From assembly GCA_049510745.1 (NCBI GenBank), contig JBEKYR010000023.1, positions 1 through 64,000 on the forward strand: a DNA stretch of 64,000 nucleotides, read 5' to 3'. The notes under the pieces were generated by a model. The model did not search any database. It saw only the letters and a list, made by a program, of their open reading frames with translations, and was not told where the DNA came from. Numbering within the stretch: position 1 is the stretch's first letter; every line of letters begins with the position of its first letter. The position numbers and the translations under genes were made by a program. Positions 39,725 through 49,545 of this stretch are shown in pieces. Origin of the DNA: Verrucomicrobiota bacterium (lineage in GTDB: Bacteria > Verrucomicrobiota > Verrucomicrobiia > Limisphaerales > Palsa-1400).

Positions 39725-42274
39725 TCACGGCATCAGCGCCACGTCTTTCCGCGGGAGCCAGCCGATTCGCTTGGCGGCGTCGCTGACTTGCAGCCAGTCG
39801 CCGTCCCGCGACAACACCATCAGTTCCGCGCCGTCATGCGCGGTGAACGCGCTTTGCGATTCGTCCATCGGGCCGCGCCGCGCGACCGCCTCGGACACCA
39901 GCACAATGGACGATTTCTCCAGCAACCGCTGATCGACCGACATTGCCAGGCAGGCCAGCAGCCAGACCGAGGCGGCGGCCAGGAACACGGTCCAGCCGCC
40001 CGCCGATTTGCCGAAAACGGGCGAAATCCGGCGCGCTGTCAAGACTAGGAAAAACAGGGCCACGCTGGCCGAGGCGGCCGCGGTCCATTCGTTGAGCGTG
40101 AACCGTCCCACCCAGCGCGTCCAGCGGTTGCCCGGCAGGGCGGCGGCACTGGTCCCGGCCTGGTTGCGGGCGATTTCCAGGTTGGCCCGGATGTCCGGGT
40201 CGCGCGGCGCCAATTCCTCCGCGCGGCGGTAGGCGTAAATGGCGCGGCCGATCCGGCCGGCTTTGAACCACGCGTTGCCCGCGTTAAAATAGATCGCCGG
40301 CGAGACGTGGCCGCCACGCAAAAGGCCGTCGTAGCCCGCCGTCGCCTGGCTGTATTTGCCTTCCTCATAGAGTTTGTTGGCCTGGGCGAAGGTTTCGGAA
40401 ACACTTTCGCCCCGCGCTCCGGCCGCGGCGCCCAGCAGCAGCAGGAGGCAGCCGGCGCTTTGCAACAATTTCCCGGCCGCGCCGGCGCCCGCGCCCGCGT
40501 CCGGCATTTTCCGCAGGCCCGCCAGCGCCGTTTTGACTTTTGGAATCAACGAGGCCAGTTCCTGGGCGGTGTGTTCGGGCGTGTAGCGGAATTGATCGCA
40601 GGCGTGAAACAAGTCCCGCAAGAGCGGCGCGACCGGCGCGTCAAGCCCCTTGCATTCTTCCAGCACCGCTTCCGTGATGGCGGGCGCGGGAAGGTCCAGC
40701 CGTTCGCCCAATTGCTCGCGCAGCAGCCCCAGGACAGTCGAGTAGAATTTTTCGGCGTCGTTGGCCGCCGCCAGGCGGGGCAAACCGGCCAGGCCCACGC
40801 TGACCAGGCGCGCCACGTCGCGGCGCCGGCGCAGCCGCGGGTTGTTGGCCAGCTTGTCCTTCTGCCGCCGCCAGGCCAGCGCGCCCAGCCACGCCAGCGG
40901 CGCCACCGCCTGCAACGTCAAGAACAACGGCTGAAAAAGCAGCGGCGGCCCGGGCGCCCGCGCCGCGCCCGGCTCCGGTTTGATGTGGACGATCTCCTGG
41001 TTCTGCGCCGCCGCGTCCGGTTGCGGCGCGCCGGAGGCGATCACCGTCGGCTGCGGCGTCGCCGCCGTCGGGCGGACGGTCAGCGCAATGCCCGGATGGC
41101 TCAGCGTGCGAAACGCGCCCGCAGCCGGGTCAAAGAAACTGAATGTAAACGGCGGGATCTCCTTGATCTCGGCGTTGAGGGGCGAAATGACCTGCTCGAA
41201 GTATTTCGAGCCGTCGATTTGCAGCGGGTCCGAGCTTTCAAATTTGCTCGTCGGCGGGTAGGTCTTGAACTCGCGCCAGCCCTGCTCGTTGGCGGGCAGC
41301 GTCACGCTCCCGAAGGAACCGCTCCCGGCAATGCGGATTTTCAACGTGATCGGGTCGCCCACTCCCACCGTCGTCGGCCCGGCCTCGCATTGCGCCAGGG
41401 TAAAACTGCCGATGGCGCCGTTGAAATCCGGCGGCGCGCCCGTGGTCGGAACGGGCAGGACGCGGATTTCCGGGGCGTCGCTGCTCACGTTGAGGCGTTG
41501 GGCTTGCATGAAACGGCCGAACAAGTCGCGCCCGCCGAAGCCCATGTCCAACCCCCAGGTGGCGGGACCGAGAGTCAGGTTGCCGGTTTTGGTCGCGGAG
41601 GCGGCCACGCGAAAAATCAGCAGGTGATACATGCCGTTTCCGACCCGGACCCTCGTCTGTTGCGGGTCCCTGGGGAGGGCGCCAACAATAAAACCATTTG
41701 CATTCAATTGCGGCAGTTGAAAGTTGCCCCCGCCGTCCTGAAAGTAGCACTGCACCTCGACCGGGATGGATTGTCCGAGGTAAATGGTGTTGGTCGCCGG
41801 CAGGAGGCGGACAAACGCCGCTTCATTCCCCGTCGCGGGTTGCGGCGCGCTTGCCTTGAGGACCTTGAGCTTTAAAGGGCGGCTGGCCAGCCGGGCGCCC
41901 TTGAGGTTGATGGTCAGGGCGGGAATGGTGAAATCGCCCGCGCGGGTGGGGCGCAATTCCAGCGTATAGGTGGTCGTTTGCGTGAAGCCGCGGCCATCGA
42001 ACATGGCTTGGGTGGAGGTGCCCGTGCCGCCGAATTCGAGGCCCGAAATGGGCGGCAAGCTGGGCTGGCCGTCGGGCGAGCAATCTTGGAAGTTCATCGA
42101 CAACGTGGCCGTTTCGCCGAAACGGATGGTGTCCCGGTCCAGGGACGTTTCAAATTTCGGGGCCGCCCACGCCGGCAGCGCCGGCAAGAGCAGACAGGCC
42201 AGCGCCAGCCCTGCCCGCGCCAGGCGGCGGGCGGGACGTTTCGCGGTCGGTTTCCATGCCAAAAGACTCACCAT
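39725..42274 (-). CDS. batD: BatD-BatE fusion (BatD domains + TPR + SH3-like)
   Basis: PPDFNGAIGSF and VGDPITLKI (BatD); FAQANKLYEEGKY...NAGNAWFK...APRDPDIRANL (TPR); IGWLP C-terminus. Confidence 0.82.
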   Translation of the reverse strand: MVSLLAWKPTAKRPARRLARAGLALACLLLPALPAWAAPKFETSLDRDTIRFGETATLSMNFQDCSPDGQPSLPPISGLEFGGTGTSTQAMFDGRGFTQTTTYTLELRPTRAGDFTIPALTINLKGARLASRPLKLKVLKASAPQPATGNEAAFVRLLPATNTIYLGQSIPVEVQCYFQDGGGNFQLPQLNANGFIVGALPRDPQQTRVRVGNGMYHLLIFRVAASATKTGNLTLGPATWGLDMGFGGRDLFGRFMQAQRLNVSSDAPEIRVLPVPTTGAPPDFNGAIGSFTLAQCEAGPTTVGVGDPITLKIRIAGSGSFGSVTLPANEQGWREFKTYPPTSKFESSDPLQIDGSKYFEQVISPLNAEIKEIPPFTFSFFDPAAGAFRTLSHPGIALTVRPTAATPQPTVIASGAPQPDAAAQNQEIVHIKPEPGAARAPGPPLLFQPLFLTLQAVAPLAWLGALAWRRQKDKLANNPRLRRRRDVARLVSVGLAGLPRLAAANDAEKFYSTVLGLLREQLGERLDLPAPAITEAVLEECKGLDAPVAPLLRDLFHACDQFRYTPEHTAQELASLIPKVKTALAGLRKMPDAGAGAGAAGKLLQSAGCLLLLLGAAAGARGESVSETFAQANKLYEEGKYSQATAGYDGLLRGGHVSPAIYFNAGNAWFKAGRIGRAIYAYRRAEELAPRDPDIRANLEIARNQAGTSAAALPGNRWTRWVGRFTLNEWTAAASASVALFFLVLTARRISPVFGKSAGGWTVFLAAASVWLLACLAMSVDQRLLEKSSIVLVSEAVARRGPMDESQSAFTAHDGAELMVLSRDGDWLQVSDAAKRIGWLPRKDVALMP

Positions 42275-42343
42275 AAGCAAGACAACAGATTTTCGCGCCT
42301 GTTCATTGTGCGGGCAAGCGTGAATGCAGGGTGGGCCTTCTGA

Positions 42344-42733
42344 TCAAGCAACGCCGGATTTCCAGATCGGCACCACCCGCTTCATTTCCGAAATGATGAA
42401 CTGGCAGGCTGCAAAGGCCTCCTCGCGGTGCGGCGCCACCACTTCAATCCAGAGCGACGCCTCGCCCACCGCCACCCGCCCGACCCGATGCACCAGCCGG
42501 ACCGACTCGACCGGCCACTGTTTGGCGACTTGATCGAATACCAGGTGGAATTGATGGAGGGCCATTTTGTGAAAGGCCTCGTAATCAATGGCGGAAATCT
42601 TCCGTCCTTGCTCCGCCTCGCGAACCACTCCCAGGAAATAGACGGCCGCGCCCATTCCCGCCGACATCTCGCGCCCTTGCAACAAAGCCTGCTCGTCAAT
42701 TCTGTCCTCGGAAATGGTCAGTTGCCGCCGCAT
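42344..42733 (-). CDS. moaE: Molybdopterin synthase catalytic subunit
   Basis: FLGVVRE, HRVG, PHREEAF, VPIWK. Confidence 0.93.
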   Translation of the reverse strand: MRRQLTISEDRIDEQALLQGREMSAGMGAAVYFLGVVREAEQGRKISAIDYEAFHKMALHQFHLVFDQVAKQWPVESVRLVHRVGRVAVGEASLWIEVVAPHREEAFAACQFIISEMKRVVPIWKSGVA

Positions 42734-42754
42734 TTTCTAGTATTGGAAAGAATA

Positions 42755-43003
42755 CTAACCGCCTTGCACGGGGGGAAACAGGGAGATTTCGTCGCCGTCC
42801 TGGAGGACATGATCCCCCCCTTGATAATCCACGCCGACGGCGACCAGGAGCGAATCGCGCATCGCCGCCAGCTTTGGGAAACGGAGAAAAATCTTTGGCA
42901 GAACGTCGTCCACGCGGGTACCGGGCGCGACCGACTCCGTCACCTCGGCCGTCCCGGCCAGGTCTTTGCAATAGGCATAAAAATGGACGCGCACTCGCAC
43001 CAT
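42755..43003 (-). CDS. moaD: Molybdopterin synthase sulfur carrier
   Basis: DGDEISLFPPVQGG C-terminus. Confidence 0.93.
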   Translation of the reverse strand: MVRVRVHFYAYCKDLAGTAEVTESVAPGTRVDDVLPKIFLRFPKLAAMRDSLLVAVGVDYQGGDHVLQDGDEISLFPPVQGG

Positions 43004-43039
43004 AGCGCCACGATAAAGGAGACCGGCCCCAAAACGAAC

Positions 43040-43264
43040 TCAAAAGCGGCGGCGCGCCAGCATCCAATGGTGCGGCCGTTTGCAGATCCCGTTGCAGAAG
43101 GCCAGGAAGACCTTGGCCGCGTTCATGACATTGTCGGGGATTTGCTCCGGCGGAATCTGGCTGGCAATGTGCATGATCAGCGGCGTGTCATTGCTTTTGC
43201 GGCCAAAATCTTGGGCCAGCGCGCCCACCCACACGAACGCCAGGAATTGTTCTCTCTTTGACAT
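43040..43264 (-). CDS. Small hypothetical protein
   Basis: 74-aa ORF MSKREQFLAFVW... in an otherwise empty gap. Confidence 0.45.
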   Translation of the reverse strand: MSKREQFLAFVWVGALAQDFGRKSNDTPLIMHIASQIPPEQIPDNVMNAAKVFLAFCNGICKRPHHWMLARRRF

Positions 43265-43510
43265 AAGTCCCTTTCCATCATTTTTACGGCCATGTTCGCC
43301 CGCCACGTTGGTCATCCCCTGTCCATGTGAATAACTTTCCATGGCCCGTTGGTTGCGTTCTTTGGCCCGAATTGCTCCGTCAAACTCATCCCATCCCTGC
43401 GAAACCCTTCCCTTGAGGTTCCCTTGCAGTCGCCACCGAGTAAACACGGTTTTGGCCGCATACGCAAGGAGAAAGAATGCGAAAACCCCATGAGGGATGG
43501 GGGACAGCCC

Positions 43511-44770
43511 TTAGAGGCGCAGGAAAATCTTCCGGCGATAAAGAAAATGCACGAACCAAAAGGCCAGCGCCAACCCTACCGCCGCAAGCACCAGGTCGCC
43601 GCTGCCCCAGGCATGGTTGTTCAAATAATCCCGAATGTCCCCGCCCGCCAGCCGCCGGCCCAAGGCGCGAAAGCCCCCCAGCATGTTCGCCGTCAGGTAA
43701 ACGGTGATCGAATTCATCCCCATCCAGACAAACGGCTGGCACCACCGCCGGTAGCCGGCCATATCGACGATCCAGTAAAACAACCCCAGCAGCAGCGCGC
43801 TGTAGCCGCCGGCCACCAGGACGTAGGAGGAGGTCCATATTTTCTTAATGACGGGAAACTGCGCGCTCCAGGCCCAGCCCAGCGCCGCCAGCGCCAGCCC
43901 GCCCGCCAGGAGGCAGATCACCTTTTGCGGGTCGTTGCGCCCGGGGTCGAGCAAGAGCAGCCCCGCAAACACCCCCAGCAAACACGTCACCACCGCCGGC
44001 ATCGTGCTCAGAATGCCCTCCGGGTCGAAATACGTGTCGTACTTGCGCCCGGGCAGATATTGGAAATCCAGGTGGTCGGAGAGGTTCAAGCCGTGTCCGT
44101 AATGGCCGGTGACGTGCTCGGTCGTGCCGTAAAAAAGGGCCTTGGGATCGAACGGCGCGCCGCGTTGGCGGGCCAGTTCCTGGAGCGCCCGCTTTTCCAA
44201 CTGAATGTTTCGGATCGGCACAAAGGTCAGCAGCGCCCAATAGGCCGCCAGCAACGTCACGCTGAGCGCGATCATGGCGCGCAGATTGCAGAAACAAAAA
44301 ATCAGCCCCGCCAGCAGGTAGCACAGCGCGATCCGGTTCAGCACCCCCATCAAGCGCATGTCCGGCCACGGGTTGGAAAAGCCGCCCGAATAAAACAAGC
44401 CGGCCAGAAAAAGAAGAATTCCCCGCCGCAACACGCGCCGGACGGCCGCGGCGCGGCCTTCCTGCCGGATGATCTTGCCCAGGGAAAACACCATTGAAAC
44501 ACCGGCCATGAACACAAACAGCGGAAAGATCAGGTCGTAAAAATGGAACCCTTCCCACTCGGCGTGCTCCAGCTCGTAGGCCAGAAAACCGGTCACTGAC
44601 AGGCCGGTGGAGTTGTCGGCGCCGTTCAGCGCCATGCGGTGGAGCGCCGCCACCAGCGAATCCGCCCCGATGATCCAGAACATGTCAAAACCTCGCAACG
44701 CGTCCAGGGACATCAACCGTTGCGGAGCCGGCGGGGCAGGCGGCAGGGCGGGGACGGTGGCTTCGCTCAT
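43511..44770 (-). CDS. HGSNAT-like (DUF5009) membrane acyltransferase
   Basis: RLMSLDALRGFDM, DLIFPLFVF, DPEGILST, IKKIWTSSY. Confidence 0.9.
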   Translation of the reverse strand: MSEATVPALPPAPPAPQRLMSLDALRGFDMFWIIGADSLVAALHRMALNGADNSTGLSVTGFLAYELEHAEWEGFHFYDLIFPLFVFMAGVSMVFSLGKIIRQEGRAAAVRRVLRRGILLFLAGLFYSGGFSNPWPDMRLMGVLNRIALCYLLAGLIFCFCNLRAMIALSVTLLAAYWALLTFVPIRNIQLEKRALQELARQRGAPFDPKALFYGTTEHVTGHYGHGLNLSDHLDFQYLPGRKYDTYFDPEGILSTMPAVVTCLLGVFAGLLLLDPGRNDPQKVICLLAGGLALAALGWAWSAQFPVIKKIWTSSYVLVAGGYSALLLGLFYWIVDMAGYRRWCQPFVWMGMNSITVYLTANMLGGFRALGRRLAGGDIRDYLNNHAWGSGDLVLAAVGLALAFWFVHFLYRRKIFLRL

Positions 44771-44860
44771 CCCGCCATAGTCTTTGGCGCCGGCGGCCGA
44801 TTCAATCCAAAAGTATTCGGGCTGGCAATCGCCGGCGGCGCCCGTTAAACTGCGGGCGGA

Positions 44861-45580
44861 ATGGCCAAGTTAGTCTTCGACATTGAAACAGCGGCCTTGC
44901 CGCTGGAACAGTTTGACGCCGTCCAGCAGGAATACCTCTTTCGCGAGGCGGAAAACTTGCCCGATCCGGCCGCGCGGCTGGCCCGGCGCCAGGAAATCCA
45001 CCGCCAATTCAGCCTCTGGCCTCTGACCGGCCAGGTCGTCTGCATCGCCATGCTCAACGCCGATAGTGGCCGGGGCAAAGTCCTCTTCCTGGCCGAGGAC
45101 GCGGAACCGGAGCGCGACTGGCCCGCGGCGGTGGAATTTCTCCCCTGCGCCGATGAAGGCGAACTGCTGGTCGAGTTTTGGGAAGTGGCCCTGCATTACG
45201 ACTCCATCGTCACTTTCAACGGCCGCGCCTTCGACGTGCCCTTTCTCTATTTGCGCTCCGCCATTCTCCAAGTCGCCGTTTCGCGCAAGGATTGGCTCGG
45301 TTACCGCTTCCAAATCGAGCCGCATTGCGATTTGCTCGAACAATTGACCTTCTACGGCATCAGCGGACGCGATGGCGCGGCGCGCCGCTTTAACCTGGAT
45401 TTTTACTGCAAAGCCTTCGGCATCCCCTCCCCCAAGAGCCAGGGCATCACCGGCATGGATGTCACCCGCCTGGCGAGCGAAGGCCGGGGGCGCGAGATCG
45501 CCACCTATTGTTTGGGCGACGTGCAGGCCACCGTCGAGCTTTATCGGATTTGGAAAGAACGGCTCGCTTCCATCAAATGA
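44861..45580 (+). CDS. PolB-like 3'-5' exonuclease (RNase H-like)
   Basis: FDIET, FNGRAFDVPFL, YCLGDV. Confidence 0.88.
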   Translation: MAKLVFDIETAALPLEQFDAVQQEYLFREAENLPDPAARLARRQEIHRQFSLWPLTGQVVCIAMLNADSGRGKVLFLAEDAEPERDWPAAVEFLPCADEGELLVEFWEVALHYDSIVTFNGRAFDVPFLYLRSAILQVAVSRKDWLGYRFQIEPHCDLLEQLTFYGISGRDGAARRFNLDFYCKAFGIPSPKSQGITGMDVTRLASEGRGREIATYCLGDVQATVELYRIWKERLASIK

Positions 45581-45589
45581 CTCCCGCCT

Positions 45590-46285
45590 ATGGCGCTGTA
45601 TAACAAAGGATACGGGCCGGTCGGACGGCTGGCCAAACCGCCCGTCGATCTGCTGCTCTGCTTTGCCGTCAAGGAGGAGATGAAGTTCTTCCGCGACCCC
45701 TCCCGCGAGGCCGCCGGCATCCAGGTCTGGGTCACAGGCATCGGACGCAGAAACGCCGCCGACAATATCCGCGAAGCCCTGGCCAAGGCCCGCCCCGAGC
45801 GGGTCATCACCGCCGGGTTCGCCGGCGGCCTCAACCCCGCCCTCAAACTGGCCACCGTCGTCTATGAAGAGGATTTCGACGCCGGTTTCGGCCGCGATCT
45901 GGAGGAACTGGGCGCCGTCCCGGCACGCTTTTACTGCCACCGCCGCGTCGCCATCACCGCCGCCGAAAAACGCGCCCTCTGGCTGGACACCGGGGCCGAT
46001 GCTGTCGAAATGGAATCCTCCGTCATCCGCACCATCTGCCGCGAATTCAAGGTCCCCAGCACCACCATCCGCGTCATCTCCGACGACGCCGCCCAGGACC
46101 TGCCGCTGGATTTCAACGCCCTCATGACCTCCGAGGACCGCATCAATTATCTCAAGCTCCTCTGGGCCGTGTTCAGCCGCCCCAGCCGCATCTCCAAACT
46201 CGTCCAATTCCAGCATCAGACCCTTGACGCCGCGCGCAGGCTCGGCGCCGTCCTGGAAGATTTACTCCGGGCGGAGCGATGTTGA
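45590..46285 (+). CDS. Nucleoside phosphorylase family protein (HpnG-like)
   Basis: TGIG, AGFAGGL, AVEMES, RVISD; next to hpnK. Confidence 0.8.
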   Translation: MALYNKGYGPVGRLAKPPVDLLLCFAVKEEMKFFRDPSREAAGIQVWVTGIGRRNAADNIREALAKARPERVITAGFAGGLNPALKLATVVYEEDFDAGFGRDLEELGAVPARFYCHRRVAITAAEKRALWLDTGADAVEMESSVIRTICREFKVPSTTIRVISDDAAQDLPLDFNALMTSEDRINYLKLLWAVFSRPSRISKLVQFQHQTLDAARRLGAVLEDLLRAERC

Positions 46286-46696
46286 ACTGGCCGCCGGCGC
46301 CGCCGCCCGCTGTTCCTTGGCGTGCTCGCTGTAACTGATCAAGAGCGCCCCCAGCGCGATCAGCACCACCCCCGTCCAGCGCCCCGCCGATACCTTCTCC
46401 CGCAGAATAAACTCCGCCGCCAAAGTCGTGACGATAAAACCCAGCGAGGTCAGCGGCCAAATAAAACTCACGTCCCGCACCTTGAGCATGTAGAGCAGCG
46501 CCCCAAAAAAGACCGCCTCCAGACCCACCCCAAGCAGGATTTTCCCGTTGGTCGCCCCGCTCCTGAGCACGCGCGCGATTTCGCTCACCGTGATCTCCCG
46601 CGCCCCCTGGATTTCCTTCAGCCCCCCGCCGAGAAAGGCGACGCCAACCGATTCGATGATGGCGGCGATGACAAGTATAAGAAATATTTTGGCCAT
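46262..46696 (-). CDS. EamA/SMR-like small membrane transporter
   Basis: DVSFIWPLTSL, LREKVSAGRWTG. Confidence 0.85.
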   Translation of the reverse strand: MAKIFLILVIAAIIESVGVAFLGGGLKEIQGAREITVSEIARVLRSGATNGKILLGVGLEAVFFGALLYMLKVRDVSFIWPLTSLGFIVTTLAAEFILREKVSAGRWTGVVLIALGALLISYSEHAKEQRAAAPAASSTSLRPE

Positions 46697-46698
46697 GA

Positions 46699-47532
46699 TT
46701 ACAAATCCTGGTAGCGGATCAACTGGATGCCCAACTCTTGCGCCAGATTCCGGATGGCCGGATTGGTCAGGGCATCAAACTCGTTTCTAAATTGGTCGAG
46801 CGACGGATGCGAGTAAAGCTCCAAATTTCCCCCCGGCAGGCGCCGCAGCAATTTCTCCACATACGCCCCGTCCACCCGCCCGTTTTGCAACAGCCCGAAG
46901 ACCGCCTCCGTGTGCCGGACCCCTTTCCGCGCCAGCCGCGGCCGCGCCCAACCCGACAGCAGCCCGAAAACCAGCGCGTGGCTCACCCGGTAGCCCCATT
47001 GACCCGAAGCCAGCCGCGCGTTCAGGAAAAACCGGTCGCGCGTCAAGCGCATCGCCCCGATCCCCCACCTCTCCGCGTTTTCGAGCAGGATTTGCAGCAC
47101 AACCGGATGCAAATGCATGTTCAGATGCCCGTTGACGTGGTCCAACTTCAGTCCGGCGGCCCGGAATTTCGCGAACTGCTCCTCCATCTCCGCCCGCAAC
47201 TCCTGCCGGCACTGCGAGCGGAAAAAATACCGCCAGCCCGCGCCGACGGGATGCTCCGAAAAGCGCCCTTGCGGCCCGGCCAGATTTGGAATTTGCTCCG
47301 GCGGCAACGCCGCCCTTCCGCACACCAGCGCCAAATGCAATCCCACCCCCAGTCTCGGATTTTCCCGCGCCAGCCGGACCGCCTCGCCGGCGGCCGTCTC
47401 ATTGACCATCAAACTGGCGCTGGTCAAAATCCCCTCCCGATGCGCGCGAACCACCGCCTCGTTAATGGATGGCGACCGCCCAAAATCATCGGCGTTGACA
47501 ATCAATCGGCGTGGCGCGGCCTTTTCGCTCAT
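46699..47532 (-). CDS. hpnK: Hopanoid-associated YdjC/ChbG family deacetylase
   Basis: LIVNADDFG, GILTSASLMV, DHVNGHLNMHLHP, ELYSHP. Confidence 0.9.
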   Translation of the reverse strand: MSEKAAPRRLIVNADDFGRSPSINEAVVRAHREGILTSASLMVNETAAGEAVRLARENPRLGVGLHLALVCGRAALPPEQIPNLAGPQGRFSEHPVGAGWRYFFRSQCRQELRAEMEEQFAKFRAAGLKLDHVNGHLNMHLHPVVLQILLENAERWGIGAMRLTRDRFFLNARLASGQWGYRVSHALVFGLLSGWARPRLARKGVRHTEAVFGLLQNGRVDGAYVEKLLRRLPGGNLELYSHPSLDQFRNEFDALTNPAIRNLAQELGIQLIRYQDL

Positions 47533-47606
47533 GCGGCGCCGCAAACTCTTGACCTTCCGCCGCAACCGGTCAAGCCGCGACTGTTCACCGGAATCTCCCC
47601 TCCATT

Positions 47607-48356
47607 CTACCGCCCGCCCCGGTTGTTGGCCACTTGCTGGCGAAGCTCTTCGACTTGTCGCTCCAGATCGCTCACGTCTCGCTTTTGCGCCGCCGAGGCG
47701 TGAATGTCCGCGGCCAACCCAATGAACTCGTTCATCAAATCGCGCAATTCCTGCGCGTTGTCTTGTCCGCCCTGGAAATGGCGGCGGCCGGCGTCCAGGG
47801 CGGCCCGTGCGCTGTCAATGTCGATGCCCATCTCGGTTCCCGGCGCATTGGCCCAAGCAGGTTGCGCGTCCGTGTCGCGGACCTGCTCTCGCTGTTGCGG
47901 CGCGGCGGTGCCGGTCTCGCTGGTTCGGCGAAACTTCTGGCGCCGAACATTCTCCAGTGCCGCCGATTTTTCCCTTTCAACATTGATATTGCCCGGGAGT
48001 TTCTTCAACTCCGCCTCCGGCGCATGGGCCGCCGCCTTCAAGCTCTCCATCGTTTCCCTCATCGCCTCCTGGAATTTCGAGAGAACGAGGATGACGCCGC
48101 CAAGGGTCGCGGTGACGCCATCGGCAAAAAACCGGGCCATTTGTCCCACGCCAGGGCTGGCCCCTCCGCGAGCCTGAACGGCGGCGTGGGCTTCGTGGGC
48201 GCCCTCGCCGCCCTGCTTGGCTTCTTCTCTGGCGCTGGCCGTGGTGGCATCGCCCGGGGCGTTGGTTTTGCCGATGTCTTTTCCCGGTTGCCCGGCCAAC
48301 TGTGGCGCGCCCTGCAACTGCATCGGCGTGGTTATCTTGACTTCAAAATCTGGCAT
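47607..48356 (-). CDS. Short tape-measure-like protein (possibly degenerate)
   Basis: Ala/Gln-rich helical 249-aa protein with a central hydrophobic stretch; last gene of the operon. Confidence 0.45.
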   Translation of the reverse strand: MPDFEVKITTPMQLQGAPQLAGQPGKDIGKTNAPGDATTASAREEAKQGGEGAHEAHAAVQARGGASPGVGQMARFFADGVTATLGGVILVLSKFQEAMRETMESLKAAAHAPEAELKKLPGNINVEREKSAALENVRRQKFRRTSETGTAAPQQREQVRDTDAQPAWANAPGTEMGIDIDSARAALDAGRRHFQGGQDNAQELRDLMNEFIGLAADIHASAAQKRDVSDLERQVEELRQQVANNRGGR

Positions 48357-48361
48357 AAGAA

Positions 48362-48400
48362 GAAATAGTTGAGGATTGAATCAGTGAATGGGTGAATGGG
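48362..48400. repeat. AATCAGTGAA element E1 (half element)
   Basis: aaatagttgaggattgaatcagtgaatgggtgaatg. Confidence 0.75.
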
Positions 48401-48599
48401 CGCGCTCGGCCTGCCAGCAGGGGCGGAATTGGAGTTGAACTCTCCCGTCGTATTCGCGCCGGAGGGCGGCGTGGGCTTCTTCGGTGAATTCGAGCCAGCC
48501 GCCGCCGGCCCAGCGCCCGCGGGCCAGGCAGGCTTCCACGTAGCCGGGCTTTCGCTCGGATTCGATCTGCAATAGGTGCTCGATGTGGGTGCGTCTCAC
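48381..48599 (-). CDS. Small phage hypothetical protein
   Basis: GTG overlaps the upstream TGA; ERKPGYVEACLARG...AHAALRREY. Confidence 0.6.
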   Translation of the reverse strand: MRRTHIEHLLQIESERKPGYVEACLARGRWAGGGWLEFTEEAHAALRREYDGRVQLQFRPCWQAERAHSPIH

Positions 48600-49393
48600 G
48601 GGGGATCGGAGTAGTTGTTCGTCGAGCCGCTGACGGCGCATTGGACGGTGTCGTCCCAGTCGCTGTCGAAGATGACGGTGACGCCGGTTCCGCAAATGGT
48701 GCTGGCCATCGTGGTGGCGAAGTCGTCGAGCAAGGCGGAGATGTCTGAGCCGTCGCCGGCGTTGCGCATGGGGACCCAGAGGCCGCGCAGGATGCCGGCT
48801 TTGCAGATGCCGCCGCAGGGTTGGATGATTTCGCCGTCCATTGGCTGATGGATGATTTGCTGGAGGCACGGACCGGAGGCGCTGCCTATGCAATGGAGGG
48901 GGAACGTGCCCCAGCAGCCTTCCATTGCGACGATCCAGTTGGCGTTGCGAGGCTCGCAGTTGCCGGCCTGCGGGCAGGGATCGCCGCCGTAGCAGGGGCC
49001 GTCCGGGTCGCCGCTCCAGTCGCCGTAGGCGTGGATTTTGACGGCGACGACGTTGCAGGGACCGGTGATGAGCCAATCGACGATGCCCATTGTGCCGTCC
49101 GGGGAAAACCAGGAATTGTTGCAGGAGTAATAGCCGAGGCCGGCGAAGGGGGCGCTGACGCTCGTGGGGGAGCCGGAAGTGTCGGTGAAGGTGGCGGTGA
49201 TGGTGTCGCCCCAGGGGATGGTGGACATGTCGAAGGCGTTGCCCCATGCGATTTCTTTGGCGTAGGTGTCAGACGGATTGTTCAGGCCAGTTCCGTAGGG
49301 GACAATAGAGAGGGTCCGGGTCTGGAAAAGATTGGGGGCGCCGGGGAAGCCGGGGTAAACGTAGCGGTTAAAGATGTTCTGAATAGTTGGCAC
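48596..49393 (-). CDS. Cys-rich putative tail/virion protein
   Basis: 265-aa ORF in the operon with many Cys and Gly. Confidence 0.65.
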   Translation of the reverse strand: MPTIQNIFNRYVYPGFPGAPNLFQTRTLSIVPYGTGLNNPSDTYAKEIAWGNAFDMSTIPWGDTITATFTDTSGSPTSVSAPFAGLGYYSCNNSWFSPDGTMGIVDWLITGPCNVVAVKIHAYGDWSGDPDGPCYGGDPCPQAGNCEPRNANWIVAMEGCWGTFPLHCIGSASGPCLQQIIHQPMDGEIIQPCGGICKAGILRGLWVPMRNAGDGSDISALLDDFATTMASTICGTGVTVIFDSDWDDTVQCAVSGSTNNYSDPP

Positions 49394-49402
49394 GATCAGG
49401 GC

Positions 49403-49545
49403 AAAATAGTTGAGGTTTGAACCGGAAGTAAATTAGTGAAGTTTGAATGAGTGAATGCCATGAATGCTGAATTCAACAATTCACTGATTCTCACTTCACT
49501 GATTGTTTTCAGTTCACTGATTCTCACTTCACTGATTGTCTTCAT
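49403..49545. repeat. AATCAGTGAA/TTCACTGATT palindromic element E2
   Basis: Inverted arms; 49418-49543 differs from 57295-57420 at 8 of 126 positions (manual). Confidence 0.92.

Noticed and set aside
47582..47595. TGTTC-N4-GAATC as a Verrucomicrobia LexA box or Mu-type terminal TG
   Set aside because: Two mismatches to TGTTC-N4-GAACA; no transposase-binding repeats or target duplication can be verified
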